Assembly (NCBI GenBank): GCA_964542985.1
Contig: CAZIWH010000002.1
Location: 3,674-67,673 of the forward strand
Source: an uncultured Hyperthermus sp.
GTDB lineage: Archaea > Thermoproteota > Thermoprotei_A > Sulfolobales > Pyrodictiaceae
DNA length: 64,000 nucleotides
Direction: 5' to 3'
The translations under genes and the position numbers were made by a program. Each line of letters starts with the position of its first letter. Positions within the stretch are counted from its first letter, which is position 1. Below, piece after piece: positions 9,209-18,173 of the stretch. The notes below the pieces were generated by a model, which was given only the letters and a program-made list of their open reading frames with translations, was not told the origin of the DNA and did not search any database.

Positions 9209-10185
9209 CCCCCTAGCTCCCTCAACGCCTTCTCAAGGCGGCGGGCGGCGTAGAGAAGGCGGGCCTTGGGGTAAATCAGTGAGAGTAGCCGGTAGTGGAG
9301 CGGCAGCCTCAGTGGCGCCCCAGCAGCCCTGGGGTGGCCCCCGCCTCCGAGCCGGTAGGCTATCTCCCTGACGTTGACTTCGCGGGAGCGTAGGCTCATC
9401 CCATGACTCTTTCTCCTAACAATTACTGCCACGTCTGCATTCATCCTGTAGAGCAGGGCATTGCCAAGTATACTCGCGTTCGGCGGGCCAGGCTTCTTCA
9501 ACGTGAACACTATTCTGCAGCCATTGTACTCCCTAACTATGGTGTTCTTGATGGCGTAGCTGAAGCCCGTGAACTCTAGCCGAAGGTACTCGTTCAGAGC
9601 CTCGTCGAGGTCGGGCCACCATAGGCTTCCCTCCCAGAAGCCGCGTATCATATTTCTCTTCCACTCGTCGCCCTTCGCGCCACGGTAGCGGTCCACGACA
9701 CGGTATAGGCGGGGAGCCAATGGGTCATCCCAGCGCCAGAGGTCAGCAGCGCAGGTGGCGCTCACGAGCCTCTCTATGAACTCGTCGGACTCAGCGTCGA
9801 GAACCTTCGGAGCATATCTGGCTACGACACCCGCTGCGCACGTGCTCACGTCAATGAATACCTTCACGCCTGCATCCTCAAGGCCGCGTATCCACTCAAG
9901 GCTCCACCGGTGATGGTCATACCATTCAACCCTAACTCCCCGGGAGGTGAGTCGTTTAACAGCGCGCAGAACATCGTCAAACGTGTCAGCGTTAGGCCCC
10001 AGATCCATAATGGCTATTCTCTGCGCATCTGGCGGATCAGACAGAACCTTGTGGAGCTTGTAGGGCTCAGTCATAGTGACTGTAGCCTCTACGTCGGGCT
10101 CAAGCCCAGCGAGCCTCAAATAGATAGCAGCAGAGGCGATACCGTCAAGATCAGTATGTGTCACTATAGCCGCCTTAGCCGCCAT
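9196..10185 (-). CDS. DHH/DHHA1 family phosphoesterase (NrnA/RecJ-like)
   Basis: Motifs THTDLDG, YDHH and C-terminal GGGHPRAAG. The start is set at ATG 10185 (MAAKAAIVTHTDLDG) because a TTATTTAA TATA element sits at about 10219-10228 on this strand. Confidence 0.8.
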   Translation of the reverse strand: MAAKAAIVTHTDLDGIASAAIYLRLAGLEPDVEATVTMTEPYKLHKVLSDPPDAQRIAIMDLGPNADTFDDVLRAVKRLTSRGVRVEWYDHHRWSLEWIRGLEDAGVKVFIDVSTCAAGVVARYAPKVLDAESDEFIERLVSATCAADLWRWDDPLAPRLYRVVDRYRGAKGDEWKRNMIRGFWEGSLWWPDLDEALNEYLRLEFTGFSYAIKNTIVREYNGCRIVFTLKKPGPPNASILGNALLYRMNADVAVIVRRKSHGMSLRSREVNVREIAYRLGGGGHPRAAGAPLRLPLHYRLLSLIYPKARLLYAARRLEKALRELGGCPR

Positions 10186-10476
10186 AAACGTCCCTGCCAG
10201 GTGACTCTTCCACACGGGTTAAATAAGCGCGGCGGCTCGGCGACGCCGACCCCGCTCACCGCGCCCCCAGCCATATGGGTGATAGCGTCCCTACGGGGGC
10301 GCTGCGCGCCGGAGTATGTCCTCACAGCCACCGCGCCAGAGGCTCCCTTGGTGCCCGCCTCCTTTTCAGCGCCTCGGGCTTCTCAGCCTACACCCCGGAG
10401 GCCCCCTTAGGGGGCTGGGGCTCAGGTTCGGACCTCAGCCCCTCTGCTGGGGCGCCTCGGGTCCCCGAGATGCTAG

Positions 10477-11367
10477 GTGTGGAGCGTGGAGCGGTTGACG
10501 GCTGAGGCCAGCCGTGTTGTATGGGAACGTGTCCATGAGGTCGGGCGAGTGTTGGCGAGAGTACCTCGGGATGCTATCGTCTTTGTAGAGACTAGTGATC
10601 CACAGTACGCGGCTGTTGGCCATCTCTATAGGAGACATGGCCTACAAGCGGTGGCTCTCGTGGTCGCCAACGCTTTGGTAAGCTACCGGCTCAGCCTGCC
10701 GGGCGAGAAGTATTGGCAGGAGTTCGCAGACTTCTTCGCCTCCACTGAGACGCCGACAACGGTGGAGATGCTTGTCGCCGAGATAAGGCGCTTCCTCTAC
10801 AGCAGCAGGGGTAACCGCCTGGTGAGGGAGCAGAAGCTTGCCAGGCTTAGGAAGGCGGCGCCGGTACTAGAGAGGCTCCTAGAGAGCCCTGAGGAATACA
10901 CGGACCTCCGACTCCTTGTCCGTAGTCTAGCCTCAGTATTGAGGGCCCGTGGCGAGGAGAAGACGATAGTGTTTGCGGCAAAGATGGCCCGCTACTTATA
11001 TATGCACGCCGGTCTGGAGACGCGGGGTGGCGAAGAGATACCTGTACCCATAGACAGGAGGATGGCGTTGCTGACATCCTCAAGTGGCATGGTGGCCGCG
11101 AGGGTGCAGGCGATAATGAGCAGACTCCGCGGCGACGCCCTAAGAGCCTGGATGACCGTGGCGAGAGAGTCGGGGATACCATCGATAAGCCTTGATGCCC
11201 TTGTCTGGCTCCCAGCCCAGGGCGTGGAGAAGCACATACGCCGCGGCATAGAGGTGGCGCGCGACGAGTATGCCAGGAAACTAGTATCCTACACGGGCGG
11301 CATGGTGAAATGGGGGCTCGCGAGGAGCGTCGCAGAGCAGCTCCTCTACCAGGAGCCCCTAGAATAG
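10477..11367 (+). CDS. Archaeal GO-glycosylase (AGOG, 8-oxoguanine DNA glycosylase/lyase)
   Basis: …DPQYAAV…ANALVSYRLSLPGEKYWQEF…EKTIVFAAKMARYLY…PVPIDRRM… parallels Pyrobaculum AGOG, including the catalytic Lys and Asp positions. Start uncertain (GTG 10477, GTG 10486 or TTG 10495). Confidence 0.85.
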   Translation: MWSVERLTAEASRVVWERVHEVGRVLARVPRDAIVFVETSDPQYAAVGHLYRRHGLQAVALVVANALVSYRLSLPGEKYWQEFADFFASTETPTTVEMLVAEIRRFLYSSRGNRLVREQKLARLRKAAPVLERLLESPEEYTDLRLLVRSLASVLRARGEEKTIVFAAKMARYLYMHAGLETRGGEEIPVPIDRRMALLTSSSGMVAARVQAIMSRLRGDALRAWMTVARESGIPSISLDALVWLPAQGVEKHIRRGIEVARDEYARKLVSYTGGMVKWGLARSVAEQLLYQEPLE

Positions 11368-12744
11368 CTCCTCGTACATTTTGTCCAGCAGGTTGGCTAC
11401 CTCAAAGTCCAGCAGCCGGGCGGCCTCACCGCCAGTGGCGCCGCGGAGGGCAATAACCCTCCACCAGGCGTACAGTCCTCCGTCTCCTGCAGCGGAGTAG
11501 AGCCTGCACGACGGGGCCACGCAGCTCCGCCCGAAGCGCAGCCCCCAGGGCCCCCAGGAGCCCACATGCGTGCAGAGCGCCGCCTCCGCGCGCGCAGCAG
11601 CCTCAAGGCCAGCGCCGCCGCGCAGCACAGCACGGTAGAGTCTGTAGAGCGCGCGGGCTGTGAAGGCGGCAAACCGCTCCGAGGCCACACCGGAGGCCCT
11701 CGCAGCGAGAACTCTGACAACTAAGCTGCCGCCTCCGCCAGTCTCTCTGGGCCGTGGAGGAGGAGTGTCGGTCTCCTCCACCCGGAGAGGTTGCGGCACC
11801 GAGCCGAGATAGAGCCATGGTCTCTCCATGGAGGCGGGTGGGGCAGCACCTTCGCCTCCACTATGCCTATAGCCCAGGATCTCCGCCACGAGAAGCGAAC
11901 CCCATGCACCGCTCCATGGAGGCTCAACTGCAACCACGGCGAGAGGCTCAGCACGGAGCAATTCGAGGACCTCGGAGAGCACCGAGAAACTCCACATTCT
12001 CCAGCCGCATCCCCAGGGAGAACCCCCCTCGCTGAACCCGAGGCTAGCAAACCCGCCGCCCCGGACGGCGGCGAGAGCCAAGGCAGCAGCCACTCCCCCG
12101 AGCAACCCTCGGCGACCTGGAAGATAGTCGTGGTGAGCAACGAACAGCAGTGTATCCCCGCCCCACTCACCGGCGTAGATCAGCCGGGCGTGAGAAGCAC
12201 CCCCGGGGCTGCACTCGATTCTCACAACGCTCCCTGCCAGCTCCCCAGCCCTCACGCCTTCGAGAACCACGGCGGGAGGCGCATCATCCGCCACGAGACC
12301 TCTGACCGGGGGGCAGGGCTCAACAAGCCCGGCAGCCCTGCAAGCTGTGAGAAAGACGACGCCAACAGCCCCGGCCTCGACTGCGGAGATGTAGACGGAA
12401 AGGAGGTCTTCAAGGCTTCGAGGCGCCTCAACAACTAGCACCGCACCTGGCCTAGGCCATGCCAGGGCCGGCGCCTCCACGCCTCCCTTGCAGCCGGCCA
12501 CGCAGAAGCCCTCAAGCTCGCCCAGAAGCGGGTGGAGGAGCCTGCAGTACCCCCAGCTCTCGCCGCGCACCCGTACCCATGTAGCGCCTGTGCCACCCAG
12601 CAGCCTCTCGGCCTCCTCCATCACGGTCTCGGCCAGACGGTGCTCGGCGTGTGAGCCCGGCGGCGCAGCGGCGGGAGCACGGGAGAGGAGCCTACCAAGA
12701 ATCTCCCGGTAGAGTGAGGCGTAGTGGGCCAAGACCTGCGCCAC
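11359..12744 (-). CDS. Hypothetical protein with degenerate PA-domain/M28-peptidase-like features
   Basis: Long Ala/Gly-rich ORF. …AVLVVEAP…AVEAGAVGVVFL… is PA-like and …LLFVAHHDYLPGRRGLLGGVAAALALA… resembles M28 HxD…DNxSG, but the bridging Asp is missing. Confidence 0.35.
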   Translation of the reverse strand: MAQVLAHYASLYREILGRLLSRAPAAAPPGSHAEHRLAETVMEEAERLLGGTGATWVRVRGESWGYCRLLHPLLGELEGFCVAGCKGGVEAPALAWPRPGAVLVVEAPRSLEDLLSVYISAVEAGAVGVVFLTACRAAGLVEPCPPVRGLVADDAPPAVVLEGVRAGELAGSVVRIECSPGGASHARLIYAGEWGGDTLLFVAHHDYLPGRRGLLGGVAAALALAAVRGGGFASLGFSEGGSPWGCGWRMWSFSVLSEVLELLRAEPLAVVAVEPPWSGAWGSLLVAEILGYRHSGGEGAAPPASMERPWLYLGSVPQPLRVEETDTPPPRPRETGGGGSLVVRVLAARASGVASERFAAFTARALYRLYRAVLRGGAGLEAAARAEAALCTHVGSWGPWGLRFGRSCVAPSCRLYSAAGDGGLYAWWRVIALRGATGGEAARLLDFEVANLLDKMYEELF

Positions 12745-12778
12745 CAGGCCGCTCCCAGGGCATGGAGGAAGAGAGGTG

Positions 12779-14590
12779 TTAGAGTGTGAGGGCGTAGGTA
12801 GGCTGCTGCCTCCTCTTTATCTTGATAATCTCCTTTAATACCATCTTCTCATCGTCACTGAGCTCGCTCTTATACTTGGTCAGCCAGAGTATGGCGTGCC
12901 TCTCCGGTATGTCCGTGTAGAGCACGTCTCCCTCGTCTATGTGGCGACCGACCATGATATGGCCTTTTATCGAGATGGCTACAGCCATACCTGCTCTGGC
13001 TTCCTGCACGGTCTTACCCTTGTCCTGGATCTGGTGTATTGTTCCAATTCTCTTGCCGTCCTCCCTCATCAATGGGTAGCCGGGCTTAATTACGCCACCG
13101 AGAATCTCTACGCCTACTATAGCGGGCTTGGCACGGCGGAACACGTATCCGGGAATTATGCGTATCTTGCCAGGCTTGATTAGCTGTTCGAGCTCCTTCC
13201 TCTTCTCCTCCTCCTTGATGCGGCGCAGCCACTCTTCGAAGTCCTCGAGCAGTCTGTATATCACGTTGTGTCTGAATATCTCGATACCGTGCTTCTTTGC
13301 CTCCTCCTCGGCCTCGGGGAGTACGCGAACGTTGAAAGCAAGCACTACACCATAGTACTTGTTTATCTCCTTGCTGGCTGCGGCCTCTATGATATCCCTC
13401 TTAGCAACGTTGCCCACGTCTGCGTATCGTATCGGGATACCCTTCCTGCGCAGCGCTTCCACGAGGGCCTCCAGGCTGCCAAGCGTATCAGCTTTAGCGA
13501 CGACACCCTCCTTGTCGGTGTGTATCCTTAGAGCCTCTATCTCCCTTCTAACCTGCTCAGCTAGCCTCTTAGCTTCCTCCATGTTCCTCGCTACGAGTAG
13601 CGGTGCGCCTGCAACAGCCTCCTCTATCCCAGGCGCGACTATCCTTACACCAGCAGCCGCGTAGACCTCGTCCACCGGCTCAAGCTCCCTCTTGGCTACA
13701 CGTATCTCTTGGAGAGGCTTCGGCATGAGAAGCGCGCGCACCTTAGTTATCACGGGGCCGTTAAGTCCACCTGTAACTATAATGTCGCCCTTCCTCAGCA
13801 CGCCATCGTATATTATTGTGTCGGCTGCGGTACCTACACCAGGCTGCTCACGTAGCTCGAGGATAACACCCCTAGCTGGGCCCTCGGCGAAGCGGAGCCT
13901 CTTCTGAAGGTAGCGCTGAGCGAGGCCAGCTAGCACGGCCAGCAGCTCGGCGATGCCCTCACCGGTCTTAGCCGAGACTGGCACAACGGTAACGGTCCGC
14001 GTGAAGTCCTTAACCCTGTCGAATCTCTCCGCCTGGAACCCCGTCTCGTAGAGCTTCGCTATGACGTTGTCCCAGAGTCTTCTCTCCAGCTCCTCCTGTA
14101 CACGGCGGCTCTGCTTTCGGAACGATATTATGAAGGGCGTGTCGGGGTGCGGCTTCCAGCCGGGTATCTTGTCTATCTTGTTAGCGGCTACTATGAAGGG
14201 GACCTTCCTTTGCTTCAATATCTCTATGGACTCGTAGGTCTGGGGCTGAAAGCCCTCATTGATATCAACGACTAGTATAGCGAAGTCTGCTACGCTGCCC
14301 CCGCGTCTACGGAGATTCGCGAAGAGTTCGTGCCCTGGCGTGTCTATGAACAGCAGCCCCGGTATTATGAGTTTGAAAGGTATAATCTTTTTCAGCGGCT
14401 CGGCAAGCTTCTCTATAACGCTGGCAGGAACTACGCTGGCACCCACATGCTGGGTTATGAGGCCGGGCTCCTTGGCAGCGACTACTGTGCCACGGATCTT
14501 GTCCAGCAGCGTAGTCTTACCATGGTCCACGTGGCCCAGGACGACTACTATCGGCTGTCTAAGCCTCTTACCGCTATCCCGCTGCGCCAT
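12779..14590 (-). CDS. infB: Translation initiation factor aIF5B (IF-2)
   Basis: VVVLGHVDHGKTTLLDKIRG, DTPGHE and NKID GTPase motifs, plus IF2 domains. The start is set at ATG 14590 (MAQRDSGKRLRQP…). The ORF is open to 14647, but the TATA-like CTTTAAG at 14660-14666 lies too close to that codon. Confidence 0.95.
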   Translation of the reverse strand: MAQRDSGKRLRQPIVVVLGHVDHGKTTLLDKIRGTVVAAKEPGLITQHVGASVVPASVIEKLAEPLKKIIPFKLIIPGLLFIDTPGHELFANLRRRGGSVADFAILVVDINEGFQPQTYESIEILKQRKVPFIVAANKIDKIPGWKPHPDTPFIISFRKQSRRVQEELERRLWDNVIAKLYETGFQAERFDRVKDFTRTVTVVPVSAKTGEGIAELLAVLAGLAQRYLQKRLRFAEGPARGVILELREQPGVGTAADTIIYDGVLRKGDIIVTGGLNGPVITKVRALLMPKPLQEIRVAKRELEPVDEVYAAAGVRIVAPGIEEAVAGAPLLVARNMEEAKRLAEQVRREIEALRIHTDKEGVVAKADTLGSLEALVEALRRKGIPIRYADVGNVAKRDIIEAAASKEINKYYGVVLAFNVRVLPEAEEEAKKHGIEIFRHNVIYRLLEDFEEWLRRIKEEEKRKELEQLIKPGKIRIIPGYVFRRAKPAIVGVEILGGVIKPGYPLMREDGKRIGTIHQIQDKGKTVQEARAGMAVAISIKGHIMVGRHIDEGDVLYTDIPERHAILWLTKYKSELSDDEKMVLKEIIKIKRRQQPTYALTL

Positions 14591-14749
14591 AGCGGCCACC
14601 CGCTCAGAGCCTTGACCCCCTGCACCCCTAATAACCAGGGGCATCATGCACCCGCTGTTCTTAAAGCCGGGAACCCCGAGGCCCCGCCCCCTACTGGCCC
14701 CTGTGCGGGCGATGCTGGGCCCCTAAAGCGGGCCCGGGGATGAACCAGC

Positions 14750-14756
14750 GGAGGTG
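14750..14756 (+). promoter_or_regulatory. Shine-Dalgarno motif GGAGGTG upstream of rps6e
   Basis: GGAGGTG lies 8 nt before the GTG at 14765. It is complementary to the conserved 3' end (…CACCTCC) of archaeal 16S rRNA. Confidence 0.6.
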
Positions 14757-14764
14757 TAGGCAAG

Positions 14765-15424
14765 GTGCCCGAGTTCAAGATAGTGATATCGGATCCGGAG
14801 GCTAAGGCGGACAGCCCCGTACTCAAGGTGAAGGTCAAGGGGAGCGACGAAATAGAGTACGGTGAGGAGGAGAAGAGTCAGCGCAAGCTTCCCACCTGCA
14901 AGGCCAACCCAAAGCTCATAGAGAAGCTGGGCGCAGTGCATGGCATAATAACAGTGAGGATAAGGAAGGAGGAGAAGAAGATCAAGCACACCTGCCATGT
15001 CATTGCCGACGAGAACGTGCCCGAGGATGAGGTCCACGTGAGCCTCGAGTGGCTCGGCGAGGCCGCAGGCGTGGAGGAAGCTGAAGGCGAGGTCTTCCGC
15101 GCAAAGGCCTGGCAGATAGCCCTCAGTGATCCTGCAGCCAGCCGGCTCATAGGCCTAAAGATAGGTGACACCTTTGACGGCGCCCTCGTCGGGCTCCCCG
15201 GCTACAGGCTCAAGATAAGGGGTGGGAGCGACAACAGCGGCTTCCCGATGATACCCTCAATACCGGGCCCTGTGAAGAAGAAGGCGCTGCTCTCTGGGCC
15301 GCCAGGCTTCCATCCTAGGGAGAAGGGTGAGCGCCGTAGGAAGACTGTGAGGGGCAACACGATAAGCCACGACATAGTCCAGATAAACACAGTAATAGTC
15401 TATCCTAGGGAGTCTAGGAAGTAG
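14765..15424 (+). CDS. rps6e: 30S ribosomal protein S6e
   Basis: MPEFKIVISDP…GLPGYRLKIRGGSDNSGFPM… is characteristic of eS6. Confidence 0.95.
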   Translation: MPEFKIVISDPEAKADSPVLKVKVKGSDEIEYGEEEKSQRKLPTCKANPKLIEKLGAVHGIITVRIRKEEKKIKHTCHVIADENVPEDEVHVSLEWLGEAAGVEEAEGEVFRAKAWQIALSDPAASRLIGLKIGDTFDGALVGLPGYRLKIRGGSDNSGFPMIPSIPGPVKKKALLSGPPGFHPREKGERRRKTVRGNTISHDIVQINTVIVYPRESRK

Positions 15425-15513
15425 CGCCGCATGTCTACTTCCCTCTTACTCGGCCTCCTTCTTCGTCCTAGGCGCGGCTTGTTTTCAGCCAATATGCACC
15501 TCCTCCCGGAGCC

Positions 15514-15520
15514 GTTTTAG
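15514..15520 (+). promoter_or_regulatory. TATA-like element (GTTTTAG) upstream of the aIF2-gamma gene
   Basis: It lies 41 nt before the GTG at 15561, and a purine-rich GAGGGGAG sits between them. Confidence 0.35.
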
Positions 15521-15560
15521 CTGGGTAATCCCGCAGTAGCGTCGGAAGAGGGGAGAAACT

Positions 15561-16826
15561 GTGGCGAGGTTAGACATGGACGAGATTGAGGAGCAGAGGA
15601 GGCGCCAGCCCGAGGTTAACATCGGTACAGCGGGTCATGTTGACCATGGTAAGACTACGCTGGTTCAAGCGTTGACGGGCGTCTGGACGGCAAAGCATAG
15701 CGAGGAGCTAAAGAGAGGCATGACGATAAAGCTCGGATACGCCGAGGGTGAGATATGGTACTGCGAGGGTGCAGAGGAGCCCGAGGCCTACCAGCCATTC
15801 CCGGAGAAGTGTCCGCCGGGCACGGTGCCGAAGCTTCTACGCAAGGTATCCTACGTGGATGCACCCGGCCACGAGATACTTATGGCAACCATGCTCTCCG
15901 GCGCGGCACTCATGGACGGTGCTCTCCTGGTCATAGCTGCGAACGAGAGGTGCCCCCAGCCACAGACCTATGAGCACCTAATGGCCCTCGGCATAGTAGG
16001 TGTTGACAAGATAGTCCTTGTGCAGAACAAGGTCGATGTGGTTACTCCCGAGAGAGCCCGGGAAAGCTACAGAGAGATAAAAGAGTTCGTCAAGGGCACC
16101 TTCGCCGAGAAGGCCCCAGTGATACCCGTCAGCGCGCTGCATAAGGTAAACATAGACGCCCTGCTCATGGCGATGGAGTACTTGATACCGACCCCGAAGA
16201 GAGATCCCTCGAAGCCGCCATTGATGTACGTTGCTAGGAGCTTCGACGTAAACAAGCCCGGCACGCCCGTTGAGGAGTTGAGAGGTGGAGTGATTGGAGG
16301 TGCGCTGATACAGGGGAGACTGCGCGTCGGCGATGAGATAGAGATAGTGCCCGGCGTGCGCGTAGAGAAGAGGGGCAGGGTAAGCTACGAGCCCCTGGTA
16401 ACTGAGGTCACTAGCCTAAGGTTCGGCAACCTTGAGGTCGAGGAGGCCAGACCCGGTGGCCTAGTGGCTGTGGGAACGAAGCTCGACCCAGCGATAGCCA
16501 AGGCGGATAACCTCGTTGGCAATGTGGTCGGCAAGCCTGGGCACTTACCCCCCGTGAGGAACACTCTGACCATAGAATACCATATGCTTGAGCGCGTGGT
16601 CGGCGCCAGGGAATTCGTCAAGGTGCCGCCGCTCCGCCGCCGCGAGATAGTGATGCTAACCGTAGGTACAGCCATAACCCTCGGAATAGTGACGAACCTT
16701 ACCAAGGACACCATTGAGGTTGCCCTAAGGAGGCCGGTGGCGGCCTGGGAGGGCGACAGGGTGGCGATATCGAGGCAGATTGTCGGACGCTGGAGGCTGG
16801 TCGGATGGGGTATAGTGAAAGGATAA
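15561..16826 (+). CDS. eif2g: Translation initiation factor aIF2 gamma subunit
   Basis: NIGTAGHVDHGKTTLVQALTG, DAPGHE and QNKVD motifs, plus the Zn-knuckle region and EF-Tu-like domains II and III. Confidence 0.95.
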   Translation: MARLDMDEIEEQRRRQPEVNIGTAGHVDHGKTTLVQALTGVWTAKHSEELKRGMTIKLGYAEGEIWYCEGAEEPEAYQPFPEKCPPGTVPKLLRKVSYVDAPGHEILMATMLSGAALMDGALLVIAANERCPQPQTYEHLMALGIVGVDKIVLVQNKVDVVTPERARESYREIKEFVKGTFAEKAPVIPVSALHKVNIDALLMAMEYLIPTPKRDPSKPPLMYVARSFDVNKPGTPVEELRGGVIGGALIQGRLRVGDEIEIVPGVRVEKRGRVSYEPLVTEVTSLRFGNLEVEEARPGGLVAVGTKLDPAIAKADNLVGNVVGKPGHLPPVRNTLTIEYHMLERVVGAREFVKVPPLRRREIVMLTVGTAITLGIVTNLTKDTIEVALRRPVAAWEGDRVAISRQIVGRWRLVGWGIVKG

Positions 16827-17215
16827 GACGCGTAGCCTACGACACGAGCATACTCCTCCTTCTATATGAGGGGGTCTCGGTTTTTGACGAGGCCGCTGAG
16901 CTGCTAGCCTCCGAGCCCGAGTGCGTGGTTCCCCGCCAGGTTGTGGAGGAGCTCCGCCGCCTCGCCTCAGAGGGCCCTGGCCTTCACAGGATGAGGGCGG
17001 CCAGGCTCGCCCTCCAGGCCCTGGAGAAGAGGGGCTGCAAGGTGGTTGAAGTAGAAGCAGGGGACGCCGACGACGCTCTACTTGAGCTCGCGCTGCGGGA
17101 CAGAGGCCTCATAGTGGCTACGGCTGACAACGGGCTGAGGAGGAGGCTGCGCGAGAAGGGGCTCCCAAACATATACTACCGCCGCTCTCGCCACGGCTTG
17201 ATGCTTGAAGCGTAG
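16805..17215 (+). CDS. PIN-domain protein, Fcf1/Utp24-like (COG1412)
   Basis: …VAYDTSILLL…DADDALLELA…IVATADNGLRRRLREKG… It occupies the conserved position between the aIF2-gamma and rpoE genes and overlaps the eif2g end by 22 nt. Confidence 0.7.
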   Translation: MGYSERIRRVAYDTSILLLLYEGVSVFDEAAELLASEPECVVPRQVVEELRRLASEGPGLHRMRAARLALQALEKRGCKVVEVEAGDADDALLELALRDRGLIVATADNGLRRRLREKGLPNIYYRRSRHGLMLEA

Positions 17216-17239
17216 CCGTAGAGCCGCTAGACGGTTCTC

Positions 17240-17245
17240 TTATAT
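17240..17245 (+). promoter_or_regulatory. TATA box (TTATAT) upstream of rpo7
   Basis: Located 41 nt before the ATG at 17287. Confidence 0.4.
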
Positions 17246-17286
17246 CTCTCCCGTGGGGCCGGCACTAGCCCCGGCCCCGGTCTAGC

Positions 17287-17880
17287 ATGATGGAGCAGGG
17301 AGGAGAGGGTGCCGCCTTGTACATGGTGTATAAGGTGAGGGATGTAGTCCGGATACCGCCGTCGATGTTCGGCATGCCGCTGGAGGAAGCTGCCCTCCGC
17401 GTGCTTGCAGACAAGTATGTCGGCACAGTGCACCCGGAGATGGGTGTCATAGTGGCGGTGTTCAATGTCAAAGTCAATGAGGAGGGCCGTATACTCCCCG
17501 GCGACGGCGCCACCTATCATGACTCCGAGTACGAGGTCATTGCCCTCAACCCGCGCGTCAAGGAGGTAGTTGAAGGCGTTATAGTCAACGCGCAGAATTA
17601 TGGCGCCTGGGTGAGCCTAGGGCCCGTTGAGGGACTGGTACACATAAGCCAGATGATGGACGAGCATGTACGCTTCGACCCTCAACGCCGCGCCTTCATA
17701 GGCGACCGCACTCGCCGCATAATAGAGGTAGGCGATGTCGTGAGGGCCCGTGTCGTCTCAGTCTCAATGACCGGGCTGGGCAACAAGCCAAGGATACAGC
17801 TGACTATGAAGCAGCCCTACCTGGGGAAACCCGAGTGGTGGAAGCACAAGGAGAAGGAAAAGGCAAAGCAGCACAGCTGA
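17287..17880 (+). CDS. rpoE: DNA-directed RNA polymerase subunit E' (Rpo7)
   Basis: …VRIPPSMFG…PGDGATYHDSEYEVIALNP…VEGVIVNAQNYGAWVSLGPVEGLVHISQ… (S1 domain). The start could instead be the internal ATG giving MVYKVRD. Confidence 0.9.
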   Translation: MMEQGGEGAALYMVYKVRDVVRIPPSMFGMPLEEAALRVLADKYVGTVHPEMGVIVAVFNVKVNEEGRILPGDGATYHDSEYEVIALNPRVKEVVEGVIVNAQNYGAWVSLGPVEGLVHISQMMDEHVRFDPQRRAFIGDRTRRIIEVGDVVRARVVSVSMTGLGNKPRIQLTMKQPYLGKPEWWKHKEKEKAKQHS

Positions 17881-17941
17881 GCCTAGACTTCTACTCGGGG
17901 GCCTCTTTCCCGTCCCTCCATGTAGTCTCGCCTCGCCTGCC

Positions 17942-17948
17942 GGAGGTG
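17942..17948 (+). promoter_or_regulatory. Shine-Dalgarno motif GGAGGTG upstream of spt4
   Basis: GGAGGTG lies 7 nt before the TTG at 17956. Confidence 0.6.
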
Positions 17949-17955
17949 TATCGAG

Positions 17956-18168
17956 TTGCCGCGTAGGAGGAGGAGCCTACCTTTCAAGGCGTGTCGTAAA
18001 TGCCGCAGCCTGGTGCCCAAGGAGGCTACGAGGTGCCCTGTCTGCGGCTCCACCGATCTCAGCGAGGACTGGGAAGGAGTAATAGTCGTGCTCGACCCCG
18101 AGAAGTCCTTAATAGCCAAGAAGATGGATATAACGAGGTCAGGCAAATACGCCATAAAGGTGAGGTAG
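17956..18168 (+). CDS. spt4: Transcription elongation factor Spt4 (RpoE'')
   Basis: ACRKCRSLV…CPVCGS Zn-ribbon followed by …DWEGVIVVLDPEKSLIAKKM…. Confidence 0.9.
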   Translation: MPRRRRSLPFKACRKCRSLVPKEATRCPVCGSTDLSEDWEGVIVVLDPEKSLIAKKMDITRSGKYAIKVR

Positions 18169-18173
18169 AGGAA

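Noticed and set aside
10425-10434. T-loop-like strings suggesting tRNA genes: GGTTCGGACC at 10425-10434 and GGTTCGAAACC at 26941-26951.
   Set aside because: The flanks cannot be folded into acceptor, D or anticodon arms. The second string lies inside a coding ORF.
10229-10476. RNase P RNA or SRP (7S) RNA in the long GC-rich spacers (10229-10476 and 26320-26577).
   Set aside because: The universally conserved elements are absent: no GAGGAAAGUCC-type CR-I for RNase P, and no GGAA-tetraloop helix-8 motif (…CCCGGAAGGGAGC…) for SRP.
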